Shown: positions 9,485 to 18,375, numbered from the stretch's first letter. The stretch is 60,966 nucleotides of DNA from a virus (IMGVR_UViG_3300017963_000051:1-60966); one strand, 5' to 3'. The notes: generated by a model not told the origin, from the sequence alone. Numbers and translations are program-made.

Positions 9485-9796
9485 TCACGGGCCTTCCGTC
9501 GCCAGCACCAGGGCCGCGAAGCGCACGAACCCTTCGAGCGTGTCCGCAGCCGAGATCTCCCCGTCCAACTGAGCAAAGTGGATCTCCGCCCCTACTCCGG
9601 CAGCCGTCTCGGGGAAGAAGGTCACGTGGCGGGACACCAGCATGGGACCTCCCGAGCCTGTCCGGGCCCAACGGAAGCGCCCGCGCAGGACTTCATACGC
9701 CCACGACTCCCATGCGGCCCTGCACGCTTCCTCGCCGCTCCCGTGTGGACTAAGAAAGTGCGTCAACGGCGGGGCGGTGTGGTCGACGAAACTCAT
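9485..9796 (-). CDS. Hypothetical protein
   Basis: Coupled ORF. Confidence 0.55.
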   Translation of the reverse strand: MSFVDHTAPPLTHFLSPHGSGEEACRAAWESWAYEVLRGRFRWARTGSGGPMLVSRHVTFFPETAAGVGAEIHFAQLDGEISAADTLEGFVRFAALVLATEGP

Positions 9797-10086
9797 CCCT
9801 TGCTCCCTTCCCGCATCCCTGCGTGCACGCCCATGGCGAACAACTCGACTTCCCGTGCCGCAAACTTGGGGTCCTCTCGACGGTCGGGCGTGCCGGAAGC
9901 CAGCGTCGACCCTTCGGGGCGGATTGCCTCCCAGCGCCAGAGCAAGGGGCCGGGGAGCCACGGGGGGCCGGTCTTCTCTGCGAAGACAATCAGGTTCAGC
10001 TCCTTTCCGTCAGGCAAAGCAAACGCCCTGAAGAACAGGTGGGCTCCTCGGGCCTCCCACGGATTCTGTAGTGCGGACTCGCTCAC
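9793..10086 (-). CDS. Hypothetical protein
   Basis: Coupled ORF. Confidence 0.55.
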   Translation of the reverse strand: MSESALQNPWEARGAHLFFRAFALPDGKELNLIVFAEKTGPPWLPGPLLWRWEAIRPEGSTLASGTPDRREDPKFAAREVELFAMGVHAGMREGSKG

Positions 10087-10448
10087 TTCCCCGTCTTCCT
10101 TTCGGCAACGACAAACACGTCGCTCCACTTGGCGAGCAGGGAATCGTGCTCCCAGATCTCCACTTCGAGCAAGATCCAGAAGTCATAGCGCCCCTGGAGA
10201 TATCTTGGGAGATCCACGTGGGTGGTCGACTCCTGCCCCGCCACGAAGCGATCTGCCATCAGCGAAGCCAGGCGCATCATCGCCTCCAGCGAAGGCGCCT
10301 GCGCCTTCTGTTCGATCGTCACGTACTCCACGACCGGGGACCATTCCGGCTTGGTCCCTCCCGTGCGTTGCGTGTACTCGTGCCGACACCGTGTGCGGAC
10401 CACGAAGCTCCGAGGCACGGGCTTGTGGTTGAAGCTGCCGTCGCTCAT
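10083..10448 (-). CDS. Hypothetical protein
   Basis: Coupled ORF. Confidence 0.55.
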   Translation of the reverse strand: MSDGSFNHKPVPRSFVVRTRCRHEYTQRTGGTKPEWSPVVEYVTIEQKAQAPSLEAMMRLASLMADRFVAGQESTTHVDLPRYLQGRYDFWILLEVEIWEHDSLLAKWSDVFVVAERKTGK

Positions 10449-11557
10449 ACCCTCGACACCCCCTTCGTCGGCACCCGCACCGCCGGCACGTACGGCAACG
10501 ACTCGTCGCCAACGACCATGGCGTCGATCCATACCTCCTTGATCGCCAACCACTCGTCCGGCCCCGGCGGGGGCATCTCCCGCGAGGAGAGCCGCTTCGC
10601 ATCTTCGGGTGAAAGCTGTTTTCCGGGGGTGTAGACCCGGTAGCCGCGCTTGCGGTAGCTCTCGGCCTTGCGCGGTTCGAGCGGCATCGGGTCTCGGTCG
10701 ACGTAGCAGCGCTCGTGTCCCCGCCGGTCGTAGCGGTAGGAGCAGGCAGCTCGGGGAACACCTCCCGTCGTGTGGCGATCTACCGACCGAGAAATCTCAT
10801 CGCGCATGAGCAGGATGTAGAAATCCGGAGGCACGTGACCTCGCAAAGTTCTCCGAGCCTTTTTCTGGAGACGCTTCGGTCCGATGCGCTCCACAAACTG
10901 TCGGTGACTGTTTATCAGGTCCACGAGTACCGGAAGAGCCCAGTTTGCAGCGACAGGGGAGTCCACCCACCGCCCCCCGCTCGCGTCAGCCACCCGCAAA
11001 GTACGAATGTTCACGAGGATGTCTTCCGGGGCCCTGTAGTAAGCCACCGCCGAAAACTGAAGGACGTCCCCCTCTTCCGTGAGCAAGTGCGCGAAGGGGT
11101 AGCAAAACTTCACGTCTGTCGGCTTTCCATCTTGCCGAGACACCGCCGCCAAATCGAGCCGATCTAACAACGACGCAAGGGGAGTCCCTTCACCCTCAGC
11201 TACTCCGTAGCCAACGTAGGTCACAGGAAAAGGTAAAGGTCCCGGTCGACGGAAGCTCGAAACCGTCTTAGCCAGAGGAAGGTAGAACTCGTCTCGCCAA
11301 CGGTCTCCGGGGAGCAAGCCTGCCTGTGCCGCACGTTCTACCTCTTTTCGGGCCCACGACTCCCCCCTGAAATGTTCGTCGAGCATCTTCGTCGTCGTCT
11401 GCTCTACAACCTCACGATAGAGGGCTTTCGGCACGTGGATGACTCTGGCCTTTTTGAGCAAAGCCCGAACATCCGGCAGAGTCTCAGGGGACTCTCTATG
11501 CGCCAAAAAGACCCGCAAAGTGTCTTTTGCCCCCCGAGAAAATCTGAATACGCTCAT
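10445..11557 (-). CDS. Phage hypothetical protein with C-terminal RRGHxR...WI motif
   Basis: Long coupled ORF; motif resembles a recurrent phage family. Confidence 0.7.
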   Translation of the reverse strand: MSVFRFSRGAKDTLRVFLAHRESPETLPDVRALLKKARVIHVPKALYREVVEQTTTKMLDEHFRGESWARKEVERAAQAGLLPGDRWRDEFYLPLAKTVSSFRRPGPLPFPVTYVGYGVAEGEGTPLASLLDRLDLAAVSRQDGKPTDVKFCYPFAHLLTEEGDVLQFSAVAYYRAPEDILVNIRTLRVADASGGRWVDSPVAANWALPVLVDLINSHRQFVERIGPKRLQKKARRTLRGHVPPDFYILLMRDEISRSVDRHTTGGVPRAACSYRYDRRGHERCYVDRDPMPLEPRKAESYRKRGYRVYTPGKQLSPEDAKRLSSREMPPPGPDEWLAIKEVWIDAMVVGDESLPYVPAVRVPTKGVSRV

Positions 11558-11859
11558 CCTTCGCCCCCTTCTCGCCACGTCTCCAGCGCTTCGCGGAAAC
11601 GCTCCTCGCCCCAATCCCCCGAGTGCCACCACTCCAGGGCCTTCCACACGTTCGCCAGCTCGTGCACCTTGTCAGTGAACTGCTTTTCGAGGGCCGCTAG
11701 CTCTTCCCGCAAGGCTTCCGTGGCCTTGGCAGCGTCCTCGGCCCCCTCGGCGGCGAGAGCATCCCGCATCGACTCCAGGTCGTGCTGGCGGTCCACGAGC
11801 TTCAGCGGGCCTTCGATGTCCGCCACGTGGCACAGGTAGTTGTAGCTGCCGCCGCTCAC
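11554..11859 (-). CDS. Conserved phage hypothetical protein
   Basis: MSGGSYNYL...VWKALEWWHSGDWG. Confidence 0.75.
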   Translation of the reverse strand: MSGGSYNYLCHVADIEGPLKLVDRQHDLESMRDALAAEGAEDAAKATEALREELAALEKQFTDKVHELANVWKALEWWHSGDWGEERFREALETWREGGEG

Positions 11860-12287
11860 TCCGCCTCCAGCTTCTCGCGCCAGTCGTCAGGCACGACGCA
11901 CCAGAACCCGAACTGCATGACAGGGCAGCCCGAGGCGATGGGGGTGAGCGCGATGGTGATCGGGTCCTCCCACGTGAACGTGCGCCAGTTCACCGGGACG
12001 GGCTCCCTGCACGCGAGCGACAAGATCCCCAGGTCCGGACGTGCCATGAACTCCTCACTGTGCATGACGGCGTCTCCACGGGCCTGGAAGCAGTAGGGGC
12101 GCATCGGGAACCGAGGGATGCCCCGGACCCGCTCCACGTCCGTAGGCTGACCCACGAAGAAGGCGTCGTGCAGCGGGTACGAACGGTACAGGAAGGTCCG
12201 CAGCTCCCGGGTCGAGAAACGATTTCCAGACGGGCCTAGCTCGGAAGGATCGCTCAAGGCCAGGACCACTGCTTGACCCTCGTTCAT
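11856..12287 (-). CDS. Hypothetical protein
   Basis: Coupled ORF from MNEGQ. Confidence 0.55.
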   Translation of the reverse strand: MNEGQAVVLALSDPSELGPSGNRFSTRELRTFLYRSYPLHDAFFVGQPTDVERVRGIPRFPMRPYCFQARGDAVMHSEEFMARPDLGILSLACREPVPVNWRTFTWEDPITIALTPIASGCPVMQFGFWCVVPDDWREKLEAE

Positions 12288-12679
12288 GAACACCGGCTCA
12301 GCCCCTCCCGCTCGACCACGAAAGAAGCCCCGTCGGCATCCTCCACCACGGCGAGCTTGCCGCTGTTCATGAAGCGAAGCACCCGCACGTTCGTCCGCTT
12401 GCCCTCCTCGCCTCCCCTGGTGTCGATCGCCTTCACCGTCATCCCCACCTCGGGCACAAACGGCTCGGTCTCCAACGCTTCGAGCCGCTCTTCGAGGGTG
12501 GCGATGTCGGCCCGGAGGGCTGCGAGCGACCCCTCGACCGACTTGTGCACCATCTCGACCCTGCTCGACCACACCGCCAGCTCTTCGAGCGTCTTCGTCG
12601 TCTCGCCGAGCACCGACTCCAGGACGCCAATTCGCCCTTGCGTGCGCTCGACCACCTTCAGGACTTCTTCGTGTGTCAT
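12284..12679 (-). CDS. Coiled-coil protein with C-terminal SH3-like beta domain
   Basis: First gene of leftward operon. Confidence 0.65.
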   Translation of the reverse strand: MTHEEVLKVVERTQGRIGVLESVLGETTKTLEELAVWSSRVEMVHKSVEGSLAALRADIATLEERLEALETEPFVPEVGMTVKAIDTRGGEEGKRTNVRVLRFMNSGKLAVVEDADGASFVVEREGLSRCS

Positions 12680-12688
12680 CGTGAGGAG

Positions 12689-12718
12689 AGTATACACGTA
12701 TCGTAGGCAGGTAGTCAA
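12689..12718 (-). promoter_or_regulatory. Sigma70-type promoter TTGACT-N18-TATACT with operator half-site over -35
   Basis: Near-consensus hexamers; -10 lies 9 nt before ATG 12679. Confidence 0.8.
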
Positions 12719-12801
12719 AAAAGTGCCGGCCACGACGCCCCAAAACGTCGTGGCCGACTGCGGGTGTTACGATGCCACCGCCCGCTGGGCATCCATGCGC
12801 G

Positions 12802-13746
12802 CTATCCCGCCTTCGGAGGCGCCTTCTTCCCCCCGTTCTTCGCCCGCTTGGTCTCCGCCTTGCGGGCCTTCTCTTCGTCAATCTCCCGAAGCAGCCCCGT
12901 CAGCCCCTTGATCTGCGTCGAATCCGTCTCCCCGAGGACCCACCGCAGAGCCCGGACCACGTTCGGCTCCAGACCCCCGCCCTCCTGCGCCGCGGCGAGC
13001 ACCGCCTGGATGCGCCGCTTGCCAGGGGCGAGGGAAACCGTGGCCGTGCCCCCCTTCTCGCCCTTGCTGCCGCCCTTCTTCTCCCGCGTCTTCGCTTCCG
13101 CGGCCTTGACCGTGGCCTTGCCGCCCTCGGCCTGCATCTCGCGCCAGGACGCCCGCTGCGCCTTCCTGTCGAGCTTGGCGAGCTTGGCCGCCGCAGTGGC
13201 CGAGAGCAGCCCATCCTCGACCGCCTGAAGGACGACGTCGTCACACTCGCGCAGAGCGAGCCAGTTTTTGACCGCCTGCGTCGTGACGCCGAAGATCACG
13301 GCGATCTCCTCTGCGTCGTTGCCCTGGTCTTCGAGCCATGCCGCCTTGCGGGCCTTGGCGAGCGGACCATCGTCGCGGCGGATCTCGTTCTCCGAGATCA
13401 TGATGCCGGCCATGTCCTTGTCACTGCCCTTGCGGGCGATCACCGGGATCTTCACCGTCGCCTTGCCCTGCTCGCGCAGCCGGCGGTTGGCCTCGCGGGC
13501 GTGCAGCGTGCGACGACGTCCCGCCACCACCTCGGGCACCTCGCCATCCTTGCGAATGAGGATCGGCTCCAATACGCCTTGGTACATGATGTTCGCCACC
13601 ATGCCTTCGTCCAGCGGGTGCTTGACGCGCTCGTCGTAGAGCGGGTGTTCGGGGCCGTCGTTCGTGTCGTGACCGATCACGCACACGTCCTCGGGCTCCA
13701 TGTGGAAATAGTTTCCGCGCTTACCGGGTAGAGCTTGCTTTGCCAT
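12802..13746 (-). CDS. parB: ParB/Srx family protein
   Basis: GVLEPILIR, VVAGRRR, ISENEIRRD, HTH. Confidence 0.9.
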   Translation of the reverse strand: MAKQALPGKRGNYFHMEPEDVCVIGHDTNDGPEHPLYDERVKHPLDEGMVANIMYQGVLEPILIRKDGEVPEVVAGRRRTLHAREANRRLREQGKATVKIPVIARKGSDKDMAGIMISENEIRRDDGPLAKARKAAWLEDQGNDAEEIAVIFGVTTQAVKNWLALRECDDVVLQAVEDGLLSATAAAKLAKLDRKAQRASWREMQAEGGKATVKAAEAKTREKKGGSKGEKGGTATVSLAPGKRRIQAVLAAAQEGGGLEPNVVRALRWVLGETDSTQIKGLTGLLREIDEEKARKAETKRAKNGGKKAPPKAG

Positions 13747-13759
13747 CGTAGGGGTCTCC

Positions 13760-13806
13760 TACCCCAAAGCCCCGTGCCCTGGCGGGCTACGGGGGTGGGG
13801 TCGATT
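13760..13806 (-). repeat. Intergenic hairpin element, copy 2
   Basis: Shares 26-nt core with copy 1 and ccaatcgacccc with copy 3. Confidence 0.8.
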
Positions 13807-13818
13807 GGAAGGTCGAGG

Positions 13819-14346
13819 CTAGCTCGCTTCTCGGAGCATCGCAGCCACGCCGGACGCAAACGCGATGGCGTCATCATCCGAGCATCCGGTCTCACGCTTG
13901 GCGAGACGGGCGATCTCCGGGAGTACCCGGTGGGCCGGCATCTCCCCAGCAACCGCCTTGGCGAAGATCGGGGCGACGACCGCGGCCACCGCCTTGCGGA
14001 AGGTATCCGGGTCCATCTTCTTCGGCTCCGGCTCCGGCTCGCACTCTTCGATCCGGTAACTCAGGAAGGTGTGGCAGCACACCCGGAGCTTGCCATCCCG
14101 TTCGATGTCCGCCCACCATCCATCGGGGCTCTGCTCGATTTCGTCCGCGAGGCGGACGAGCACATCAGGATCCGCCATGGCATCCCGCTTGTGGGCTTCA
14201 TCCGTCTGATCGCAGTCCGTGGTAAGGTTCGTCCGGACAAGGCGGACCTTGCCCGACCGGAGCATCTTCAGGTATGCGGGGCGGCGGATCTGCCCGCGGG
14301 GAGTGATCTTCGTGGTGACGCCTGCGAAAGTGATTTGCTGTGCCAT
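13819..14346 (-). CDS. Hypothetical early protein
   Basis: Start MAQQITF at the conserved distance from an ECF-like promoter. Confidence 0.7.
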   Translation of the reverse strand: MAQQITFAGVTTKITPRGQIRRPAYLKMLRSGKVRLVRTNLTTDCDQTDEAHKRDAMADPDVLVRLADEIEQSPDGWWADIERDGKLRVCCHTFLSYRIEECEPEPEPKKMDPDTFRKAVAAVVAPIFAKAVAGEMPAHRVLPEIARLAKRETGCSDDDAIAFASGVAAMLREAS

Positions 14347-14394
14347 CGTGCTAGGTCTGACGGATAGCACAGTAGTCTATTCATCAGGTAGTCA
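14347..14394 (-). promoter_or_regulatory. ECF-like promoter TGAATA-N15-CGTC plus operator (14384-14394)
   Basis: Conserved motif, divergent from the 14464 promoter. Confidence 0.7.
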
Positions 14395-14463
14395 AAAATC
14401 ATTTAGCTTGCGCGAGATGCGTGACGCGAAGATCGCGCAGCTCGAAGAAAATCTGAAACCGTG

Positions 14464-14501
14464 TGAATAGTAGTCAGGTAGTCACCGTCTGACCTTGCAC
14501 G
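14464..14501 (+). promoter_or_regulatory. ECF-like promoter TGAATA-N16-CGTC with operator (14470-14484)
   Basis: Conserved motif. Confidence 0.7.
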
Positions 14502-14681
14502 ATGGACACGAACAGCTCCAACCCCGTAACCTCCGATGACTCCCGCCTGGCCCGCAAGGCCCGCGTGCTCGAAGTGGCCGAGTACACCAGCACCGACCCC
14601 CGCGACATCTTCTCCCAGCTCGTCTGGGAAGGCCGCGAAGGCGGCTGGACTCTCGAAGAGGTTGAGGCTCTTCTAAAGTAA
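14502..14681 (+). CDS. Small early protein (59 aa, MDTNSS...)
   Basis: Below ORF-track cutoff; lies between promoter and hairpin element. Confidence 0.7.
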   Translation: MDTNSSNPVTSDDSRLARKARVLEVAEYTSTDPRDIFSQLVWEGREGGWTLEEVEALLK

Positions 14682-14696
14682 GCCCCACCTCCCCAA

Positions 14697-14753
14697 TCGA
14701 CCCCCGCCCCTGGCTAGCTCGACTAGCAGGGGCTTTCGGGGTGTATGGACACC
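14697..14753 (+). repeat. Intergenic hairpin element, copy 3
   Basis: 14701-14753 identical to 14975-15027 (53 bp). Confidence 0.9.
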
Positions 14754-14960
14754 TCGACCGCGAACCCCTCCCGACTCACCGAAGCCTGTCGCCGCGCCAT
14801 CGTCCGGATGCAGTCTGGCTCCGTCCCCATCGCCCGCGTGCCTAGCGATGCCCGTCACGTGCTCGAAGACCGCGGCATCGCCTGCGAACTGTCCGCGGCC
14901 GGGTACCTGGAGCTGACGCCTCGCGGCCGAGGCGTGGACCCTGCAACTTTCGAGGCGTAG
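14745..14960 (+). CDS. Small protein, possible winged helix
   Basis: LEDRGIA...LELTPRGR. Confidence 0.7.
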   Translation: MDTSTANPSRLTEACRRAIVRMQSGSVPIARVPSDARHVLEDRGIACELSAAGYLELTPRGRGVDPATFEA

Positions 14961-14969
14961 GAAAACTCC

Positions 14970-15027
14970 TCGACCCCCCGCCCCTGGCTAGCTCGACTAG
15001 CAGGGGCTTTCGGGGTGTATGGACACC
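14970..15027 (+). repeat. Intergenic hairpin element, copy 4
   Basis: 53-bp direct repeat of copy 3. Confidence 0.9.
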
Positions 15028-15267
15028 GACAAGATCCGCAATCTTCTGGACGAGATCGAACGCTGTAACCACCTTGCTCATGAGATACGCAGCTCTTCCC
15101 AGACCGTAGCGCTTCAGTTCAACATGGACGGGACGATCGATGTCGACGATGGCACCTTCACTTTTGAAGCGTCTCAGGGAGCCCATATCCGGGAAGATCT
15201 GGCACGCTACTTCGCAGAACACGTGAACTGCCTGAAGGCACAAATCTCCCAGGAAGCGGCCTCATGA
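15019..15267 (+). CDS. Hypothetical protein
   Basis: ATG embedded in the repeat. Confidence 0.7.
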   Translation: MDTDKIRNLLDEIERCNHLAHEIRSSSQTVALQFNMDGTIDVDDGTFTFEASQGAHIREDLARYFAEHVNCLKAQISQEAAS

Positions 15268-15509
15268 AACCCAAACACGGCTACATCCACGACGCCATCC
15301 ACGAGATGAGCTGCACCTTCCACGCCGAAGCATCCCGGGACCCCACCGCGAGTCTCGACGAGCGCAAGCTGTTTGTGTGCCCGCGGTGCAAAGAGCTGTT
15401 CTGCTACTGCGCCGGCTCGGCCGACACCTCGGTCTGCAACGACTGTGCGTGCGCGCTCGAAGACCTCGGGCACACTTTCGAGGAGATTGAGGAGATGTAC
15501 CCACCATGA
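15264..15509 (+). CDS. Cys-rich zinc-binding protein
   Basis: CPRC, CYC, CNDC; ATGA overlap. Confidence 0.65.
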   Translation: MKPKHGYIHDAIHEMSCTFHAEASRDPTASLDERKLFVCPRCKELFCYCAGSADTSVCNDCACALEDLGHTFEEIEEMYPP

Positions 15510-15666
15510 CCCGCCGCTACGCACGAACCCCGAAGCTCTACAACCTGTTTCACGTCGCACCGCGCTGCGGCGTGTGGCGGACCCGCGTCCCGCTCTCGGC
15601 TCTCGCCCGACAGGTCGAGAAGTACCAGAAACGGTTTGGCTGCGAACCTGAAGTGGAGGAGATCCG

Positions 15667-15933
15667 ATGAAACGCAACATCGTATGGACCATCATGTGGG
15701 CGATCGTCTCCGCCGGTCACTGGCACGACGCCCGCGAGTGGCACACGCGCAGCGACAGTCGGTGGTGGGCGAGACAGATCACGAAGGCGTGGAAAGACCT
15801 CGACGTGCAGCGGGCCCACCTCGTCGACACCCGGGTGCGCGCCAGGGGCATCCGTCGCCCGACCCCGAAGGCCCCGCGAATCTCCACAGCTCGCCTGACG
15901 AGCCTGTCGGAAAGCGGCGGACGCGCAATGTGA
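15667..15933 (+). CDS. Hypothetical protein
   Basis: GGAGGAG RBS. Confidence 0.5.
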   Translation: MKRNIVWTIMWAIVSAGHWHDAREWHTRSDSRWWARQITKAWKDLDVQRAHLVDTRVRARGIRRPTPKAPRISTARLTSLSESGGRAM

Positions 15934-15942
15934 AAACAGTTT

Positions 15943-15980
15943 TGAATACCTGACTACCTGCCCACGTCTACCCTTGCACG
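15943..15980 (+). promoter_or_regulatory. ECF-like promoter TGAATA-N16-CGTC with inverted operator
   Basis: Near-identical to 16231-16268. Confidence 0.7.
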
Positions 15981-16226
15981 ATGGACACGAACAACTCCCA
16001 GACCCCGACCCTCCGCCTCTCCCCCGCACAAGCTCGCGCCATGGACCTACTCGCCCGTGGTTACCGGGCTGAAGTCATCTACAACGACAAAATCGAAGTG
16101 TTCATGGAGTCCGGAGGCCGCCCGCGTATCGAAAAACGCACGTGGAAGGCCCTGGAACGTCGCGGACTCATCGACCGCAACTGGACTAACACCGGGACGT
16201 GTCTGGTAGCCTTGATTCAGGACTGA
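15981..16226 (+). CDS. Small winged-helix-like protein
   Basis: LSPAQARAM...RTWKALERRGLI. Confidence 0.7.
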   Translation: MDTNNSQTPTLRLSPAQARAMDLLARGYRAEVIYNDKIEVFMESGGRPRIEKRTWKALERRGLIDRNWTNTGTCLVALIQD

Positions 16227-16230
16227 AGTT

Positions 16231-16268
16231 TGAATACCTGACTACCTGCCCACGTCTGACCCAGCAAC
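16231..16268 (+). promoter_or_regulatory. ECF-like promoter TGAATA-N16-CGTC with inverted operator
   Basis: Conserved motif. Confidence 0.7.
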
Positions 16269-16673
16269 ATGGCACACCGCATCTACCTCTCAAAGCCCCG
16301 CGCGAAGTTCCTCGACAAGATCACGGAGGGCCTGACCCATCCCGCCCACGGCGACGGATCCGCCCGCAAGTTCAACAATGCCCCGGACACCTTCATGCCC
16401 CTGTCCGTCGAGCGGCTCGGCGAGAATCACTACTCGGTCGGACACTACTTCGAGCAGAACGGAGACCTCGTGCCGGACCCTGACTTGGAGTTCGTGCGCG
16501 ACAGCTCCGGCCGCTGGTCCGTCGTCGCCGCAACCATGGCGACCGGGCACTACACCCGCGTGGCCGAGTTCGACGACAACGGCGTCACCGGCTTCCGCCC
16601 CCGGGCCCTCGCCTCGGTCCGTCCCCTGGCGAACCTCCTGCTCGACAACGCCAAGCGACAGCAGGGCCTCTAG
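16269..16673 (+). CDS. Conserved mobile-element protein (resembles DUF1249/DUF6908-type)
   Basis: FMPLSVE..YSVGHYFEQNGDLVPDPDLEF. Confidence 0.75.
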   Translation: MAHRIYLSKPRAKFLDKITEGLTHPAHGDGSARKFNNAPDTFMPLSVERLGENHYSVGHYFEQNGDLVPDPDLEFVRDSSGRWSVVAATMATGHYTRVAEFDDNGVTGFRPRALASVRPLANLLLDNAKRQQGL

Positions 16674-16694
16674 TTCCTCTCACGTCCATCGTGC

Positions 16695-16724
16695 AGCCCC
16701 CGGCAATGGTGCCGGGGGCTTTTT
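16695..16724 (+). terminator. Rho-independent terminator
   Basis: AGCCCCCGGCA-loop-TGCCGGGGGCT followed by T tract. Confidence 0.85.
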
Positions 16725-16852
16725 ACGTGAGAACCCCCGCCCCGGAGGATTCCGGGACGGGGGTGGAGTGAGAGTGGAGACCCCGAGCATGGCCGACCGG
16801 GGGATGCACCATCCTACCACGCCCCTCGGGGACGTGTGGTATCCTGGCAACC

Positions 16853-16948
16853 ATGGCGCCCTTGTACCGCAACCCCGCGGCCCTGCTCATGCTCGCCTCC
16901 CTCGGGCTCGTCGTGGCCCATGGGCTCGCGTACGGGGCGAGCCGGTGA
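16853..16948 (+). CDS. 31-aa hydrophobic peptide, probably leaderless
   Basis: gTGgTATCCT 7 nt before ATG; GTGA overlap with next ORF. Confidence 0.5.
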   Translation: MAPLYRNPAALLMLASLGLVVAHGLAYGASR

Positions 16949-17160
16949 CCCCTCCGAGACAGATCCGGACGCACCCCTTCTTCGACAAGGTGGGGGAGAC
17001 GTCCAGCAAGCTCGCCAAGCTGGCTGAGCAGCTCCGAGATCGTTGCCGCGAAACCGGAGACCCCACGGGTGCGGGCATGGCCGAAATCCTCCGCATGAAG
17101 CTCACAGAGCTTGCGCGCAGCACGCTCGTGGAGACCCAACCGATCGACGTGGAAGACTAG
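16945..17160 (+). CDS. Hypothetical protein
   Basis: GTG start, coupled. Confidence 0.55.
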   Translation: MTPPRQIRTHPFFDKVGETSSKLAKLAEQLRDRCRETGDPTGAGMAEILRMKLTELARSTLVETQPIDVED

Positions 17161-17164
17161 ACCG

Positions 17165-17455
17165 ATGTCCAAGCTCCTGAAATGGGCCAACACAGGAACA
17201 GAGCGCGGTAAAGCCCTTGCCGCGAAGTACAAAGCCAGTTTTGCCGTCTCCGCGGCCCCGATTCTGGTTGAAGGGGTCGACGTAGTGGTCTTCTCGGTGC
17301 CCTACCTCGGGAAAGAGGGAGGGAAGCATCGAGGGTGGTTCGTGTGTCGCACCGACAATGAGCGGACCCTCGTCGAGTACGCACCGACGAAGAAAGCTGC
17401 ACTCGCCAACGCCGCGGAGAACCTTCGCTACTACGGGCCCGACTTCCGAAGCTAG
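17165..17455 (+). CDS. Hypothetical protein
   Basis: Starts 4 nt after upstream stop. Confidence 0.6.
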   Translation: MSKLLKWANTGTERGKALAAKYKASFAVSAAPILVEGVDVVVFSVPYLGKEGGKHRGWFVCRTDNERTLVEYAPTKKAALANAAENLRYYGPDFRS

Positions 17456-18375
17456 ACCGGGGCCCGGAGCTGTGTCGGGTCGAAGTCCCGCCCGCCCTGG
17501 CGCGCACGTCGGGCCAGGCGTTCCGCGGCGACGGGGGGCGTAGCGCCGCCGCCGGGGGCGTCGTAGTCCAGCTCGGGGACGTACAGGTTGAGGGTCTGTG
17601 CGGGCGTGAGGCCAGCACGGGCCCCGATGGCGGGTCCTGGGACCATCCACGTATCAGGGATGGGGGCGCCGGAGCCGAAGCTGTACTCGGGGTCGAGCAC
17701 CGCCCCGAGGGCGTCTCGGGCCCACAGGGCTCCCTGCTGCCAGATCGTTCGGCCCGAGTCGTTGCGCCGGCTGCTGTGCGTCTGTCGGTGCGTCACGATG
17801 ATGCCGGCGTCGATCCCCTCGTCGGCCAGGTCGTCGAGGATCAGGAGGATCGCCCTGCGCAGGGCGTGCACCTGGACCTCCCCCAGCTCCTCCCCTTCCT
17901 TCCACAGCCCGCCCACCTCGATGGAGACCGTGCCGTCATTGAAGCCGTGCGAGGCCGCGAGCCACGTGTCGTACGGGTGGATGCGGTAGACCTTGCCGTC
18001 CTCGCTGACCCCGATGTGCGCCGTGACCTTCGGCCAAGCGCTGTCGCCCACGTTGTCGACGGCGACTTGATGCAGGCAGATGCCGAAGATGTCCGAGAGG
18101 GGGCGCGGTGAGTTGAAATCCCGCTTGTTCTGCCCGGCTCCGCCCCAGTTGCCGGACTTGTAGTTGACGGTGGCGGCCTTGTCCTGAACATCGACGATCT
18201 CGATGTTGTCGTAGAGCCACTGGATGTACTCGTCGTCGCTGCCCCAGCCTCCCCCGCCTGGCAGGTCCATGTCGAGACCGCCGAGGCCGGAAGACGTCGC
18301 GCTCGAACCACCGCCCGCCATGGCGAGCAGCGCTCCGCCGCCGAGGAGAGCCCAAAGCCAAGGGGGGATCTTCAT
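17452..18375 (-). CDS. Membrane-anchored N-acetylmuramoyl-L-alanine amidase (Amidase_2)
   Basis: ICLHQ, AHIGVSEDG, SHGFN..SIEVGG, THRQ; N-terminal TM. Confidence 0.85.
   Translation of the reverse strand: MKIPPWLWALLGGGALLAMAGGGSSATSSGLGGLDMDLPGGGGWGSDDEYIQWLYDNIEIVDVQDKAATVNYKSGNWGGAGQNKRDFNSPRPLSDIFGICLHQVAVDNVGDSAWPKVTAHIGVSEDGKVYRIHPYDTWLAASHGFNDGTVSIEVGGLWKEGEELGEVQVHALRRAILLILDDLADEGIDAGIIVTHRQTHSSRRNDSGRTIWQQGALWARDALGAVLDPEYSFGSGAPIPDTWMVPGPAIGARAGLTPAQTLNLYVPELDYDAPGGGATPPVAAERLARRARQGGRDFDPTQLRAPV

Noticed and set aside
14697-15027. CRISPR mini-array
   Set aside because: Only two identical copies, separated by a whole gene of about 220 bp; no cas operon, and the Cas4-like gene belongs to the replication module
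1400-15027. Canonical integron attC sites
   Set aside because: No RYYYAAC/GTTRRRY cores and no evident IntI-specific insertion in the recombinase; kept only as an analogy
16730-16832. tRNA or ncRNA in GC-rich hairpins after the terminator
   Set aside because: Hairpins are present but there is no cloverleaf, T-loop or clear promoter; no tRNA was recognised anywhere in the window
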